64,000 nt of DNA. Source: Octopus sinensis. Its lineage: Eukaryota. Below the pieces are notes generated by a model, which was given only the letters and a program-made list of their open reading frames with translations, made no database searches and was not told the origin of the DNA. The stretch spans positions 20,770,001 to 20,834,000 of the forward strand of contig NC_043018.1 of the NCBI RefSeq assembly GCF_006345805.1, given 5' to 3'. Below are positions 23,362-36,040 of the stretch, one piece after another. A program made the translations under genes and the position numbers. The number at the start of each line of letters is the position of its first letter. Within the stretch, counting starts at the first letter, position 1.

Positions 23362-23549
23362 AATCTGGAATCTGTGAAACAGTTGAAAGCTATGCTCCTG
23401 ATGCAGTGCGAGAAGTGGGCCGCAGACAAACTGCCTGTATTTAATCAAATTTTATTGGACACATGCGAGAAGCAAATTGGATTCCTAATTAGTGAAAGAT
23501 TCATTAACATGCCCTCTTCTGTGGCAGTACCACTGTATGAATCATTAAG
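23362..23549 (+). CDS. BCCIP: BCCIP exon 5, NLESVKQLKAMLLMQCEKWAADKLPVFNQILLDTCEKQIGFLISERFINMPSSVAVPLYESL(S)
   Basis: ttgtag acceptor, gtgagg donor, 188 nt, phase 0-2. Contains the hallmark GxLxSERFINxP motif. Confidence 0.96.
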
Positions 23550-24770
23550 GTGAGGCTAACTTTTCATTTGTTGTCATTTCATTAATAAAGCTGGATTTCA
23601 TCATCATCATCATTTAACGTCCGCTTTCCATGCTAGCATGGGTTGGACGGTTCAACTGGGGTCTGTGAAGCCAGAAGGCTGCACCAGGCTCCAGTCTGAT
23701 CTGGCAGTGTTTCTACGGCTGGATGCCCTTCCTAATGCCAACCACTCCGTGAGTGTAGTGGGTGCTTTTTACGTGCCACCTGCACAGGTGCCAGACAGAG
23801 CTGGCAGACGGCCACGGACGGATGGTGCTTTTACGTGCCACTGACAAACAACATCACAAATCTTCCAGCATTCATGGTTCTATCACCATGATAGATTATC
23901 CATTTTGCCTGATTAAAATAGGTCATGTAGTAGTAGTAGTAGTAGTAGTAGTAGTAATCCTTTCTAGGCTGAGATTTGGGGTAGGGGATAAATTGATACA
24001 TTGATCCCAGTGTTTTACGGGTACTTATTTTGTCAACCCTGAAAGGATGAACGGCAAAGTTGACCTTGGTGGAATTTGAACTCAGAACACAAGGACAGAT
24101 GAAATGCCACTAAGCATTTTGTACAGTGTGCTAATGATTTTGCCATCTCACCTCAGTGATCATCATCATCTTCATTGTTTAACGTCTGCCTTCCATGCTG
24201 GCATGGGTTGGTCGATTTTGACTGAGGGCTGGCGAACCAGATGGCTGCACCAGGCTCCAATCTTGATTTGGCAGAGTTTCTACAGCTGGATGCCCTTCCT
24301 AACGCTAGATATTAATAATAACAATATTATATTAATAATAATAATATAATTAGATTAACATTCAAGATTTATTTCCCTTTGTGACTTCACTCTGAGAGAG
24401 GACATTGTATCCTGATCACCATCATCAGCAGCATCATCATCATCATTGTCATTGTCATCTTTATCATTTTACTTCTGATCTCCATGCCAGATAATAATAA
24501 TAATAATAATGATATAATAACAATAAGGATTATAATAATTCAGAGAAAACTCCTTCAAGACTGCTGCCATGTTATCTATAACTTTGTCACTGCTGAACTT
24601 CCAAGACACACCTTTGTTTATTCGCTAGAAACATGTTATAAGATTGGAAGTATTCTCTCAGTTCTTCAACTTTTAATAATATGAAGGTGTAAATGATTAA
24701 AAAATCAAACTACAGCCCTATCTGAATGGCATGCCCAACAAATAATTACCTCAAAGTTTTTATTATAAGT

Positions 24771-24975
24771 GTGGAGGCACGTGGCTTAGTGGTTAGGGTG
24801 TCAGCATCATGATCGTACGATTGTGGTTTCGATTCCTGCACCGGGCGACGCATTGTGTTCTTGAGCAAAACACTTCATTTCACGTTGCTCCAGTCTACTC
24901 AGCTGGCAAAAATGAGTAATGCTGTGATGGACTGCCATCCCATCCAGCTGGGGAACACATATGCCATTGAAACTG
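24771..24975 (+). mobile_element. tRNA-head SINE family E (CORE-like central region)
   Basis: GTGGCTTAGTGGTTAGG...GGTTTCGATTCC head followed by TGTGTTCTTGAGCAAAACACTTCATTTCACGTTGCTCCAG. Confidence 0.75.
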
Positions 24976-25263
24976 GTGTTTCATCAGAGATTACAACCAC
25001 AAAGAAAGTTAACCCTTTAGCTTTCATATTTCTCTGTCAAATGTAATGCTTCTCTCTCTCTCTTACTTGTTTCAGTCATTTGACTGTGGCCATGCTGGAG
25101 CACTGCCTTTAGTCGAGCAAATCGACTCCAGGACTTATTCTTTGTAAGCCTAGTACTTATTCTATCGGTCTCTTTTTGCCAAACTGCTAAGTTACTGTGA
25201 TGTAAACACACTATCGGTTGTCAAGCGATGTTGGGCGGAACAAACACACACACACAAACATAT

Positions 25264-25297
<34 letters not shown>

Positions 25298-25938
25298 TTC
25301 TCTATTACCCACAAGGGGCTAAACATAGAGGGGACAAACAAGGACAGACAAACGGATTAAGCCGATTACATAGACCCCAGTGCGAAACTGGTACTTTATT
25401 TATCGACCCCGGAAGGATGAAAGGCAAAGTCGACCTCGGCGGAATTTGAACTCAGAACGTAACGACAGACGAAATATCACAAAGCATTTCGCCCGGCGTG
25501 CTAACGTTTCTGCCAGCTCGCCGCCTTATATATATGCTACAGGCTTCTTTCAGTTTCTGTCTATCATATCCACTCACAAGGCTTTGGTCGGCCTGAAGGT
25601 ATAGTAGAAGACACTTGCCCAAGGTGCCACGCAGTGGGACTGAACCCGGGACCATGTGGTTGGTAAGCAAGTTACTTACCACACAGCCACTCCTACACCT
25701 GTATATCTGTTCACATTGATTTGAACTAGTCATGCTTTACCTTGTAGCTTTGAGATTCCAAATGATGTGAGTGTTTATTTTTAGAATGATATTGTAGGGT
25801 AAGTGTGAGAGGCTGGATCTAGCCAGTCAGAAGATAAAACAGGTAGAATATTTTGGCTGGATATGGTCAGTTGAAATGCTAAAAGGTTAAACAGACAAAA
25901 CCAAAACATTCTATTGTAAAATTTCTTTTATTTTTCAG

Positions 25939-26099
25939 CAAAGATCTGCAGAGTGAAAAGGTCAACAGATGAATTACAAATTTGACCAGTTCATTTTAAT
26001 AAGCAAAACTTGTCGTCCACGAATTGAAGGTTCCAAGGAGAGACCAATTGATGAGAATGAAATAACTTACCTTAATCTTGAAGAACAGTTTTATTAGAG
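25939..26099 (+). CDS. BCCIP: BCCIP exon 6, KDLQSEKGQQMNYKFDQFILISKTCRPRIEGSKERPIDENEITYLNLEEQFLLE after correcting two 1-nt deletions
   Basis: ttttcag acceptor, gtttgt donor. The ILISKT and NxEEqF motifs match BCCIP. As written, in-frame stops occur at 25970 (TGA) and 26095 (TAG). Adding one A to the A4 run (25956-25959) and one T to the T4 run (26089-26092) restores frame to both neighbours. Confidence 0.88.
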
Positions 26100-26844
26100 G
26101 TTTGTAGCGATTGGTTTTTCCCTTTTTTTCTTTTTAGTTTGGCTTTTCACCTATTCCAGTTTGTTGGAAGAATAATAGATTAACATTCAAGATTTATTTC
26201 CCTTTGTGACTTCACACTGAGAGGAATTTGTATCACAATCACCACCATCATTATCAGCATCATCATCATTGTCATTTTTATTATTTTACTTCTGATTTCC
26301 ATGCTGGTGTGGGTTTGATGAATCAGCGTTGTCCAAGTTACCACCTAGGAGTTACCGCCAGAGAACTCTGCCTCTTCTGTCTGCTTTCAAATGGCAAAAA
26401 TAGACGTTAAAAATGTATGAATGAACGAATTATGTTTTGTAATTTCATCATCATCATTTAATGTTCCTTGCATGCTGGCATGGGTTTGATGGTTTGACAT
26501 AGACAAACTAGCCGCCAGAGAGCTGCACCAAGTCTTAATGTCTGTTTGGCCTGGTTTCTTTCACCTGGTTGATGCCCTTCCTAATGCCAACCACTTCACA
26601 GAGTGTGCTAGGTGCTTTTTACATTGCACCAGCATCAGTACCAGTGGGTCACCAAGTACCTGCAAGTCAGGACCCCTCAGCTGATTGGATAATTGGATTG
26701 AGGGATAAGGAGCTAAAAGAGACACAACAAGTGCAGGTGTCTTACTGAAAAGGTGAATACATGGCTTACCCACCTGGAGAGAGAGAGAGAGAATAAGAAA
26801 AATGTGAGATCCAGGTACAAGGTGAATATATAGTTAATTTAATT

Positions 26845-27585
26845 TTTTGGCTCAAAAAGCAAAAAGCAAGGCCATGTTGGAGGACATGGGGTTATGTACA
26901 GGGTGGTGTTCAGGCCATTTGTGGTCAAGGGAGACTTTGAACCGAGCGGTCGTCGGCATCTTCACTATCTCGTCCGGCAGCTTATTCCACGGATCCACAA
27001 CCCGGACGGAGAAAGCCCCTCTCCTTCGATTGAGATGAAATCGTCGCAGATAGAGCTTTTCGGAATGACCCCGCAGCCGACGCTCTGGAGCAGGAGTGAA
27101 GAACAGCTCTTTCGAGAGGTTACACTTTCCGCTTATGATGTTGTGAGCAAGAATGAGATCACCACGGCGGCGGCGTTTTTCTAGAGAATAAAGGTCGAGC
27201 GTCTTCAGCCTTTCTTCATAAGACAAATTCTTGAGACCAAGAACCATGCGGATAGCCAGCTTCTGGACTCTTTCGAGATGCTGTATGTCTTTGAGGAGAT
27301 AAGGAGAAGAGGCTTGAATCCCGTACTCCAATATGAGTCTCACCAGCGTGACATAGAGCGGTAGGAATATGGCTGCTGTGAGCATTCCGAATGACCGTTG
27401 AATCAGAAACAGAACTCTGCGTGCTTTGTTGGCAGCATTGACACACTGGGCCGAAGGTGAAAAGGAGGAATCCGCCAAGATACCCAGGTCCTTTACCTGG
27501 TCGGTCCTCTCCAGCATGTGCTGACGACCCGGCTCGAAACCAAGTTGAGTTGCAGGAGAAGAGCCAACAGGCAGATGACAGAATA
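26845..27585 (-). mobile_element. CR1-clade LINE, 5'-truncated 3' fragment of ORF2, antisense in BCCIP intron 6
   Basis: ORF 26852-27754 contains VKDLGI..., LEYG...LERVQ..., SYEERL...LYSLEKRRRRGDLI, RGH..KL, FSVRVVDPWNKLP, typical of CR1 RT C-termini. Confidence 0.92.
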
Positions 27586-28462
27586 GGATAGAGGAGCAGA
27601 AAAGATGGATGGACAGGTAAATACGCTTAGTGTAAATGGTGTGATTGATGATTAGAGATGGGGGAATAAGTGAAGGAATGACTGTGTAATTTAATTGTAC
27701 AGTTAAAGGGTTAAAACGTCTGCTAGGGGATAAAGAATAAGGACTACTTGCCAAATGAAGTAAACATATGAAATTTTAACATCTTTCTACATATTTTGAT
27801 GTGTTTATTTTGCATGAGGAGTGACTCTGTACTGAGTCTGTATAAACAGACAAGGAACTGAGACAAATCTGAGGTACGTCTTGTTTGTCAGGAGTTATCT
27901 TATCTTCTGAAGTTACTTCCCTTGCTACAGGAAATTTAGGTCGCTGCTGAATACAAGCTGTGTGCCAAACGTTTTGTTTTACGTGCATATGTACGTATAG
28001 CCTGGCTTTCACTCAAGCGGTCCAGGTTCGATTCCTGGCATAGGAATGCACATTTTCTTTTCGTAGAGGCATGCATGATTTTGTGGTAAGAAGCTTGCTT
28101 CTCAACCACATTGCTCCGGGTTCAGTCCCGTGCGTAGCACCTTATGAAGTTTAAATTATATATAATGATAGAGATTACTTATATGCACTAAAGGTGTGTT
28201 TTTGCCTATGTTTACATCTGTAAACCGTGTTTACTAGGGGATTTTTAGAAAAAATAATGAAAAATAGCTCAGAATTACAGAGAAGACAGAATTCCTTACC
28301 TTTGTCATAAGGTATTGTGATTGAGAGAATCAACCATTCTAAATAAAGTTGTTCATTGTGGTCTTTTAGATCCCAAATTAGTTTGCTGAGACTGGTACTC
28401 AGGCCGACCAAAGTCTTGTTAGTGGATTTGGTAGATGGAAACTAAAAGAAGCCCGTCGTGTA

Positions 28463-28493
<31 letters not shown>

Positions 28494-29380
28494 AGTTTGT
28501 GTGTCTGTATTTGTCCCCCAACATCGCTTGACAACCGATGCTGGTGTGTTTACGTCCCCATAACTTAAGCTGTTCAACAACAAAAAAAAGCAATAGAATA
28601 AACACTGAGCTTACAAAGAATAAGTCTTGGGGTTTGCTCGACTAAAGGTGGTGCTCCAGCATGGCCGCAGTCAAATGAACCTTCTAGCACTCAGGGTACT
28701 CCGTCAAATGTAATGCTTATTTATTCTTGTTGCTTTGAATTAATCATGCATTCTCTCATAGAATTGAAATTTTGATGATGTGATTGTTTAGTTTTGAGAA
28801 GGACATTGTCCGGTAGGTGTGAGAGGTCAAATCTGGCTGGATTGAAAATAAAGCTACACAGAATATTAAGGCCAGATATGACCAAAGGGTTAAATAAACT
28901 GAATTTAACCTGATTTAGTACTCTTTACTCTTTTACTCTTTTACTTGTTTCAGTCATGTGACTGTGGCCATGCTGGAGCACCGCCTTTAATCGAGCAACT
29001 CGACCCCGGGACTTATTCTTTGTAAGTCCAGTACTTATTCTATCGGTCTCTTTTGCTGAACCGCTAAGTTACGGGGACGTAAGTACACCGGCATCGGTTG
29101 TCAAGCGATGTTGGGGGAGGGGACAAACCCAGACACACAAACATATATATATATATATACATATATATACGACGGGCTTCTTTCAGTTTCCGTCTACCAA
29201 ATCCACTCACAAGGTTTTGGTCGGCCCGAGGCAATAGTAGAAGACACTTGCCCAAGGTGCCACGCTGTGGGACTGAACCCGGAACCATGGGGTTGGTAAG
29301 CAAGCTACTTACCACACAGCCACTCCTGCACCTATTTCACTTTTATTCACTTTTATTTATTTCCGTTTTTTTTTTTTCAG

Positions 29381-29545
29381 AATGCTAGCCATTACTTCAC
29401 ATATTCTGTGGCCAAAGAACGAGATACGCTTGTGGATGGAAAGTGGATTGAAGAAGATTACGAGTCTTTGAGAACAGTTCTTCTGTTTGATGCCAAGAAG
29501 ACTACACAGATCATTGAGGACATGAAAGAGTTCCTAGGGAAATAA
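29381..29545 (+). CDS. BCCIP: BCCIP exon 7 (last), NASHYFTYSVAKERDTLVDGKWIEEDYESLRTVLLFDAKKTTQIIEDMKEFLGK*
   Basis: Poly-T/cag acceptor, TAA at 29543-29545. Matches human FNYSVQEESDTCLGGKW...LRTVMLI...KLKEYL (beta-isoform C-terminus). Confidence 0.95.
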   Translation, partial: NASHYFTYSVAKERDTLVDGKWIEEDYESLRTVLLFDAKKTTQIIEDMKEFLGK

Positions 29546-29791
29546 ATGTTTTTTAAAAAAATATTGTTCACTTTTTAGTTCTTTGTTGTTTTGTTATGTG
29601 AAGAAAAGCATGTGTTATTTTGAGGTCCATTGAGGAGTTCATGTGAAGAAGAGCAGAGCATGTGGCTTGCTTTTGGGGCAGTGAGGGAGTCATGTAAAGA
29701 ACTGTGTATACCATATATGGTAGCATGAGAGAAGTGTGGGCATGTTAGATGCATCCCGATTTTAGTATTGCAGATACAAATGTTTTATTTC

Positions 29792-29807
29792 ATTAAAGTG
29801 CATTAAA
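29792..29807 (+). terminator. Candidate BCCIP polyadenylation signals (ATTAAA twice); an AATAAA also overlaps the stop codon at 29541-29546
   Basis: Hexamers seen directly; which one is used is unknown. Confidence 0.4.
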
Positions 29808-31400
29808 GCACAGGTGTGGCTGTGTGGTAAGAAGCCAGCTTCCCAACCACATGATTTTGGGTTCAGTTCCACTATAGGATATCTTGGACAAATGCTTTCT
29901 ACTGTAGCCCTATGCTGACCGCCTTGCAAATGGATTTAGTTGACAGAAAGTGAAAAACGTTTATCATGTATGTACGCATGCATGCATGTATGCTGTATGT
30001 ATATGTGTATGTGTATGTACCTGTGTAAGGGTGTTTGTGTGCATCTGTGTGTAAGTTTTTGTTACTATCTCCTTGCCTTGACACCATGTGATGTCTGGCC
30101 ATGAGGAAACATTACCTCAACTGGAAACAAGTGAAGGTTGACAGCAGGAAAGGCACCCAGCCACAGCAAATTCACCTCAAAAAACGTCTGTCCAACTCAT
30201 CCAAGCATGGAAAAGTGGACATGAAACCAATGATGGAAACCTATTTCTTTATTACCCACAAGGGGCTAAACACAGAGAGGACAAGCACATTAAGTCGATT
30301 ACACCGACCCCAGTGCGTAACTGGTACTTAATTTATCGACCCTGAAATGGTGAAAGGCAAAGTCGACCTTTAAAGCAACTTTGCGTAAGGCATCCATGGT
30401 GATTTTTTTAAAGCATTTTTTGGGGGGGAAATATATTTCTTGTCTATCACCAAATACAATTGTTACTTTGGGGACCCGTGAGAGAGTTTATATGTAAATT
30501 GTTATTGTTGAGCAGATTGATAATGAAATGTTTTACAACTGTCACCATGCTCTCTTTGTTTTCAAAACATGATATTGAGGGCTGTATTATCCACTGTATC
30601 TTATATCTCTTACTCGTTGCACTCAAAAGTACTGGGATACTATTTCAAAGGGTTCAGCCAAACAAATAAATCCTGGTGCAGAAGTGGCTGTGTGGTAAGT
30701 AGCTTGCTTACCAACCACATGGTTCCGGGTTCTGTCCCACTGTGTGGCATCTTGGGCAATTGTCTTCTAATATAGCCTCGGGCCAACCAAAGCTTTGTGA
30801 GTGGATTTGGTAGGCAGAAACTGAAAGAAGCCCGTCGTATATATATGTGTGTGTTTATCCCCCCAACATCGTTTGACAACCGATGCTGGTGTGTTTACGT
30901 CCCCGTAACCTAGCGGTTCGGTAAAAGACCGATAGAATAAGTACTGGGGTCGATTTGCTTGGCTAAAGGCAGTGCTCCAGCATGGCCGCAGTCAAATGAC
31001 TGAAACAAGTAAAAGAAGGTACTTATTCGATTGGTCTCTTTTGCTGAACCTCTAAGTTATGGGGGATGTAAACAAACCATCGTCAGTTAAGCAGTGGGGG
31101 TGGGGAACACATAATATATATGTGTGTGTATGACAGACTTTTAAGTTTCTGTTTACTAAATTCACCCACAAGGCCCAAGACTATATAGTAGAAGACACTG
31201 AAGGTGCCATGCAATAGGACTGAACCCAGAACCACGTGGTTGGGAAGCAAATTTCTTACCATGCAGCTACACTTGTATATCCTATAATTAGCTATTCCTC
31301 TATTATATAACTCTCAAACAAAATAACTGTTGATAGCATGACTTGAAACATTTTCTTTATATCTTATAATGATGGCTATGCACCTATATATATATATATA

Positions 31401-31826
31401 CATTTTATAAAGGGCTTAGTAAAATAAATTACTTTGCCACATACTGAACTCATTAGAAAAGCAGCCAAAAAAATTTTTTTAGCCATTTCCAATACTTAAA
31501 GAAAATTTCTCTCAGATAGTGTTTACTCAAAATAACCCACGAAGGTATGGGGGTAAAAACATTAAAAAATCACAAGTGCAAAGATCATTATTTGAGAACG
31601 TACGTTTCTAGATCAGCCAAATACAATTCGACATTTCTTTCGTCAGCTCAAAATTTCTTAATTCGGATTTGTAAACTGAAAGTAGGAGCATACCCTTTTG
31701 GCGACTTTTCACCTCCGAAGATCCGTTCAAACTAACAGTGCCAACAAATTCAAAATATGCAAGCGAAGAATTTCTGCCCTCCCTTTCTGGCAAAGTAATT
31801 TATTTTACTAAGCCCTTTATAAAATG
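31401..31826. mobile_element. Tc1/mariner-type MITE, 39-bp perfect TIRs, TA TSD
   Basis: CATTTTATAAAGGGCTTAGTAAAATAAATTACTTTGCCA at both ends in inverted orientation, flanked by TA. Confidence 0.85.
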
Positions 31827-32120
31827 TAATATTTTGAATTCGCCTTAAATGGTCCCTTTACATACTGAATACTTGGTGAAATTGATTAATAATTAATTAA
31901 TTTTACCCTCAATTGTTGAAATTATATATATATATATACATATAGGCACATAAAAAGCACCCACTACACTCTCGGAGTGGTTGGCGTTAGGAAGGGCATC
32001 CAGCTGTAGAAACACTGCCAGATCAGACTGGGCCTGGCGCAGCCTCCTGGCTTCCCAGACCCCAGTCGAACCGTCCAACCCATGCTAGCATGGAAAACGG
32101 ACGTTAAACGATGATACATA

Positions 32121-32890
32121 CAGGGGTTAGACAAAATAATGGAAACACCTTAAAATTTCAAACAAATTAATTTTAACACGGGGTAGGACCGCCTTTGGCA
32201 GCAATTACAGCTTGAATTCTACGAGGTATGGACTTGTACAAAGTTTGAATTGTTTCCAAAGAATTTTTGTCCATTCTTCAGCTAAAACAGTCTCCAGTTC
32301 TTGTAGCGATGATGGTGGAGGATATCGACTCCTCACTTGTTTTTCTAAAATGCACCATAAATATTCAATGATATTGAGATCTGTGGACTGTGGTGGTGGC
32401 CAGATAAGATGTTCAACTTCACTAGAATGCTCCTTGTGCTATTCGGTAACAACTTTAGCTGTGTGAATTGGTGCATTATCATCCTGAAAGACTGCGTTTC
32501 CCTCCGGAAACAATTCTGTAACCATAGGATGAATTTGATCAGATAAAATGCTTAAATAGTCTTGACTATTAATTCTGCCACGAAGGGAAACCATTGGGCC
32601 GGCAGATTTCCAAGATATAACCTCCCCCCATCAGATCCTCCTCTATGTTTAACAGTTGGAAGGGGGCAGTCTAGGTCAAATGCTTCTTTTGGCTGTCTCC
32701 ACACGTATACTTGGCCAGTGGTCGGAAATTAGGTAAAGGATGACTCGTCCGAGAAAATAACATTCTTTACTGCTCTACGAACCAATTCGGTTTTTACTCC
32801 ACTCTAAAAGTTTTGCAATGTTTGTTTTTGAAAGTAGTGGTTTTCTGATTGCAGCCCTCCCGTGAAATCTGGCTTTGTGCAGCTCCCGGC
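32121..32890 (-). pseudogene. Tc1 (DD34E) transposon fragment: decayed transposase plus one terminal repeat
   Basis: Minus strand reads RELHKARFHGRAAIRKPLL, VIFSDESSF, VFQDDNAPIH and WPPQSTDLNIIEYLW with in-frame stops; TA|CAGGGGTTAGACAAAATAATGGAAACAC terminus at 32121. Confidence 0.92.
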
Positions 32891-34694
32891 AAAGGCAGAT
32901 CAAAAATAACAAAACAGGAAAAACAACAAAAGTCAAAAGGATTGACGCTCAGAGAAAGTTTAAGATGGAAAAACAGACGGGATGTGATGTTTCAAGCATG
33001 GTTCTTTGTCAAAAAGAGAAAAGAGAAAAAAATTCAAGGAGAAAGAAAATAATCTGAGAAAAGAACGTGTGCCGTTAAATGGTTGAAAAATGACTGATCG
33101 GTAGTGGAAATAGAGAAAGGGGTCTTTGAAAGCAGGAGAGTGTGAAAATGACCAATACGCACACGTACACACAAATAATGAGTGTGAGATGGAAAACTCT
33201 ATCAACTTGCATTACTAAGTCAAAACTAATGCTGTCTCTAAAGACGACTGCTTTACTGAAGCAATGAATTGACTTGCCTGTTACCTAAACCACCTACTCT
33301 GAAGATATGAAATAAAAAGCGTAAAAGAGTGAGTGGGAAAACGTATACTTGTCGGAATTTTTGTTGAATAGGCAGCTGACCGGTGGTCACTCAGCCTCTT
33401 GAAATTAGCAGCCAAAACTCTCGCAAATTATACCCTGTCGTTTTACATGAAGGCTTTATGTAGTCCAATATACACAACCATTATAAGAATGTGAGGTATC
33501 CGTCTGTCATGCGGACCATGGAAGTAGCTTGTAAATGAAGAACAACTTCAGAAATGGAAATATTACTTTTCTAAATATCTCAGAGAGATATATGCAGTAG
33601 TGGTACGATAGAGTAGTTGTATACTGTCAACTTAATGTGACAGTCCCATGAAGGGAATCACACAACTGCTATTTAGCCCTAGGAAGCAGCAACGCTTCCT
33701 GTCGGCCTTGACACATTTCCTGTGCCCTTATGTTTACAAGGGGGAGATAACTTCAGAAATGATTTTAATATCCAGTCCGTGATCTGGAGATATTGAGTCT
33801 TCGTACAACCCATATCAGAACGATCGTTATATGAACGAAGACAGATGTATGTATATATGTGGATGAATGCATGCCTGTATGTATATATTTGTAGTTCAAT
33901 ATCCAAACAGAATAAATAGAACCTTTATACTGTCCATGATAAACCACTCAAAGCAGTGCCTTCCTTCGTCTATCGAGGCAAGTACTTCTATTTTCGTTGA
34001 CATCATCAGAACATTTGGGCTCCTGTCGCATCACATCTTTCACTATCATAGCCTAAGTTTGAAATAAAAGCCCTGGTGTGTCTGGCTGTTACTCGCTTCA
34101 CACTGTTTTATGGATGTGGAACATGGGCAGGCTACCAACAAGTTTACTTACTCTTTTACTTGTTTCAGTCATTTGACTGCGGCCATGCTGGAGCACCGCC
34201 TTTAGTCGAGCAAATCGACCCCAGGACTTATTCTTTGTAAGCGCAGTACTTATTCTATCAGTCTCTTTTGCCGAACCGCTAAGTGACGGGGACGTAAACA
34301 CACCAGCATCGGTTGTCAAGCAATGCTAGGGGAACAAACACAGACACACATACACACATATATATATATATATATACATATATACGACAGGCTTCTTTCA
34401 GTTTCCGTCTACCAAATCCACTCACAAGGCATTGGTCGGCCTGGGACTATAGCAGAAGACACTTGCCCAAGATGCCATGCAGTGGGACTGAACCCGGAAC
34501 CATGTGGTTGGTTAGCAAGCTACTTACCACACAGCCGAGGAGTTTCAGTGAACAAAACAGAGACTGATTACACTGTGTAACACGATTTTTGCCCTTGGGT
34601 AACAGCTGTTATTTCTTGTTTGCTTACCCCCTCGAAAGTTTGGAAAAAGAGCCAGTATATATATATATATTATATATATATACAAACATAATAC

Positions 34695-34740
<46 letters not shown>

Positions 34741-34741
34741 G

Positions 34742-34777
<36 letters not shown>

Positions 34778-34859
34778 ATATGTATATATATATATATATA
34801 TAATATATATATATATAGATATATATATATATATATATATATGATGATGATGATGATGA

Positions 34860-34899
<40 letters not shown>

Positions 34900-35321
34900 T
34901 TCCTTCAAACTTTGCTTTTGTTACATTTATTCAAATCCAAAAGAATCCCTCTCCACACATAGCTTTGATGCTCCCCCACTACTCCTGCTCATGATCAGAG
35001 AAGCATATATTGTCAGCCACTAAGGGACATGCTCAACTGGTTCAGGTCAAGCAACTGACAAACAAGTCTGTGGTATTGAGCAGAATATTTGCTATAATGA
35101 TATTTCTGCTTCAGCAACTCAGCGCTGAATCTGTCTGAAATGTAATGGAAATTAGGTCAGTTTCAAAACATTGATACCAAGGTCACAAAAGTTTGAAGGG
35201 AATAGTAGTCATTTCCTTTGATTTCTAGATGGAAGCAAGTTGGAAATAACACTTAATGACCAAAGAAAATAAAAATAAAAATAAAATTTAAAATTTTGTT
35301 ACTCAATGTTATGAACATCAT

Positions 35322-35421
35322 NNNNNNNNNNNNNNNNNNNNNNNNNNNNNNNNNNNNNNNNNNNNNNNNNNNNNNNNNNNNNNNNNNNNNNNNNNNNNNN
35401 NNNNNNNNNNNNNNNNNNNNN
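35322..35421. other. Assembly gap (100 N)
   Basis: Run of N; the round length suggests a placeholder gap. Confidence 0.99.
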
Positions 35422-35479
35422 TTCAACAGTCTTTTCTTGTTGTCTTGTATTTTTCTTACATTAATATTGTCCGAAAACA

Positions 35480-36040
35480 AAGCTCAACAAATATATGCAA
35501 ATGTATGCAAGTATATGCAAATATATGATGTATGACTTATTAAACAATGGTACGGTTGAAATACAATGTTCGACAAATATATTCAAATATATGCAAATAC
35601 GGAATGTATGGTCTGTTTATATTAATACAACTGAAAAGAAAATGTCAAAAGGTGTATGCAAATATATGTAAACATAAGATGTATGGCTTTATATATTAAT
35701 TTAGTTGAAATACAACGTTCAATAAATATACGCAAAGATATGCCAATAAATGCAAATATAGGCTTATGGCTTGCTTATATTAATATATTCATAGCAGTAT
35801 GGTGGTCAGATATATGCAAATATATGCAAATATAAGATATATGGCTTGTTCATACTAAGACAGTATAAATACAATATTTGGTAAATATATAGAAATATAT
35901 GCAAATATGATATGTATGGCTTGTTCATATCAGTACACCTGAAATATATGCAAATATATGATGTATGGTTTATTCATGTCAATATAACTGAAATATATGC
36001 AAATATATGCAAATATATGTCCACATATGATGTATGCGAA
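35480..36040. repeat. Degenerate satellite built on AAATATATGCAAATAT..GATGTATGG
   Basis: Motif recurs about 8-10 times with irregular spacing. Confidence 0.75.

Noticed and set aside
25970-26097. Rescue of the BCCIP exon 6 stops by A-to-I editing (UGA or UAG read as Trp)
   Set aside because: Recoding the stops would not correct the reading frame; the homologous peptide requires two frame changes.
26852-27754. 300-aa ORF as a host gene
   Set aside because: It is the C-terminal part of a CR1 LINE ORF2 fused to flanking intron sequence.
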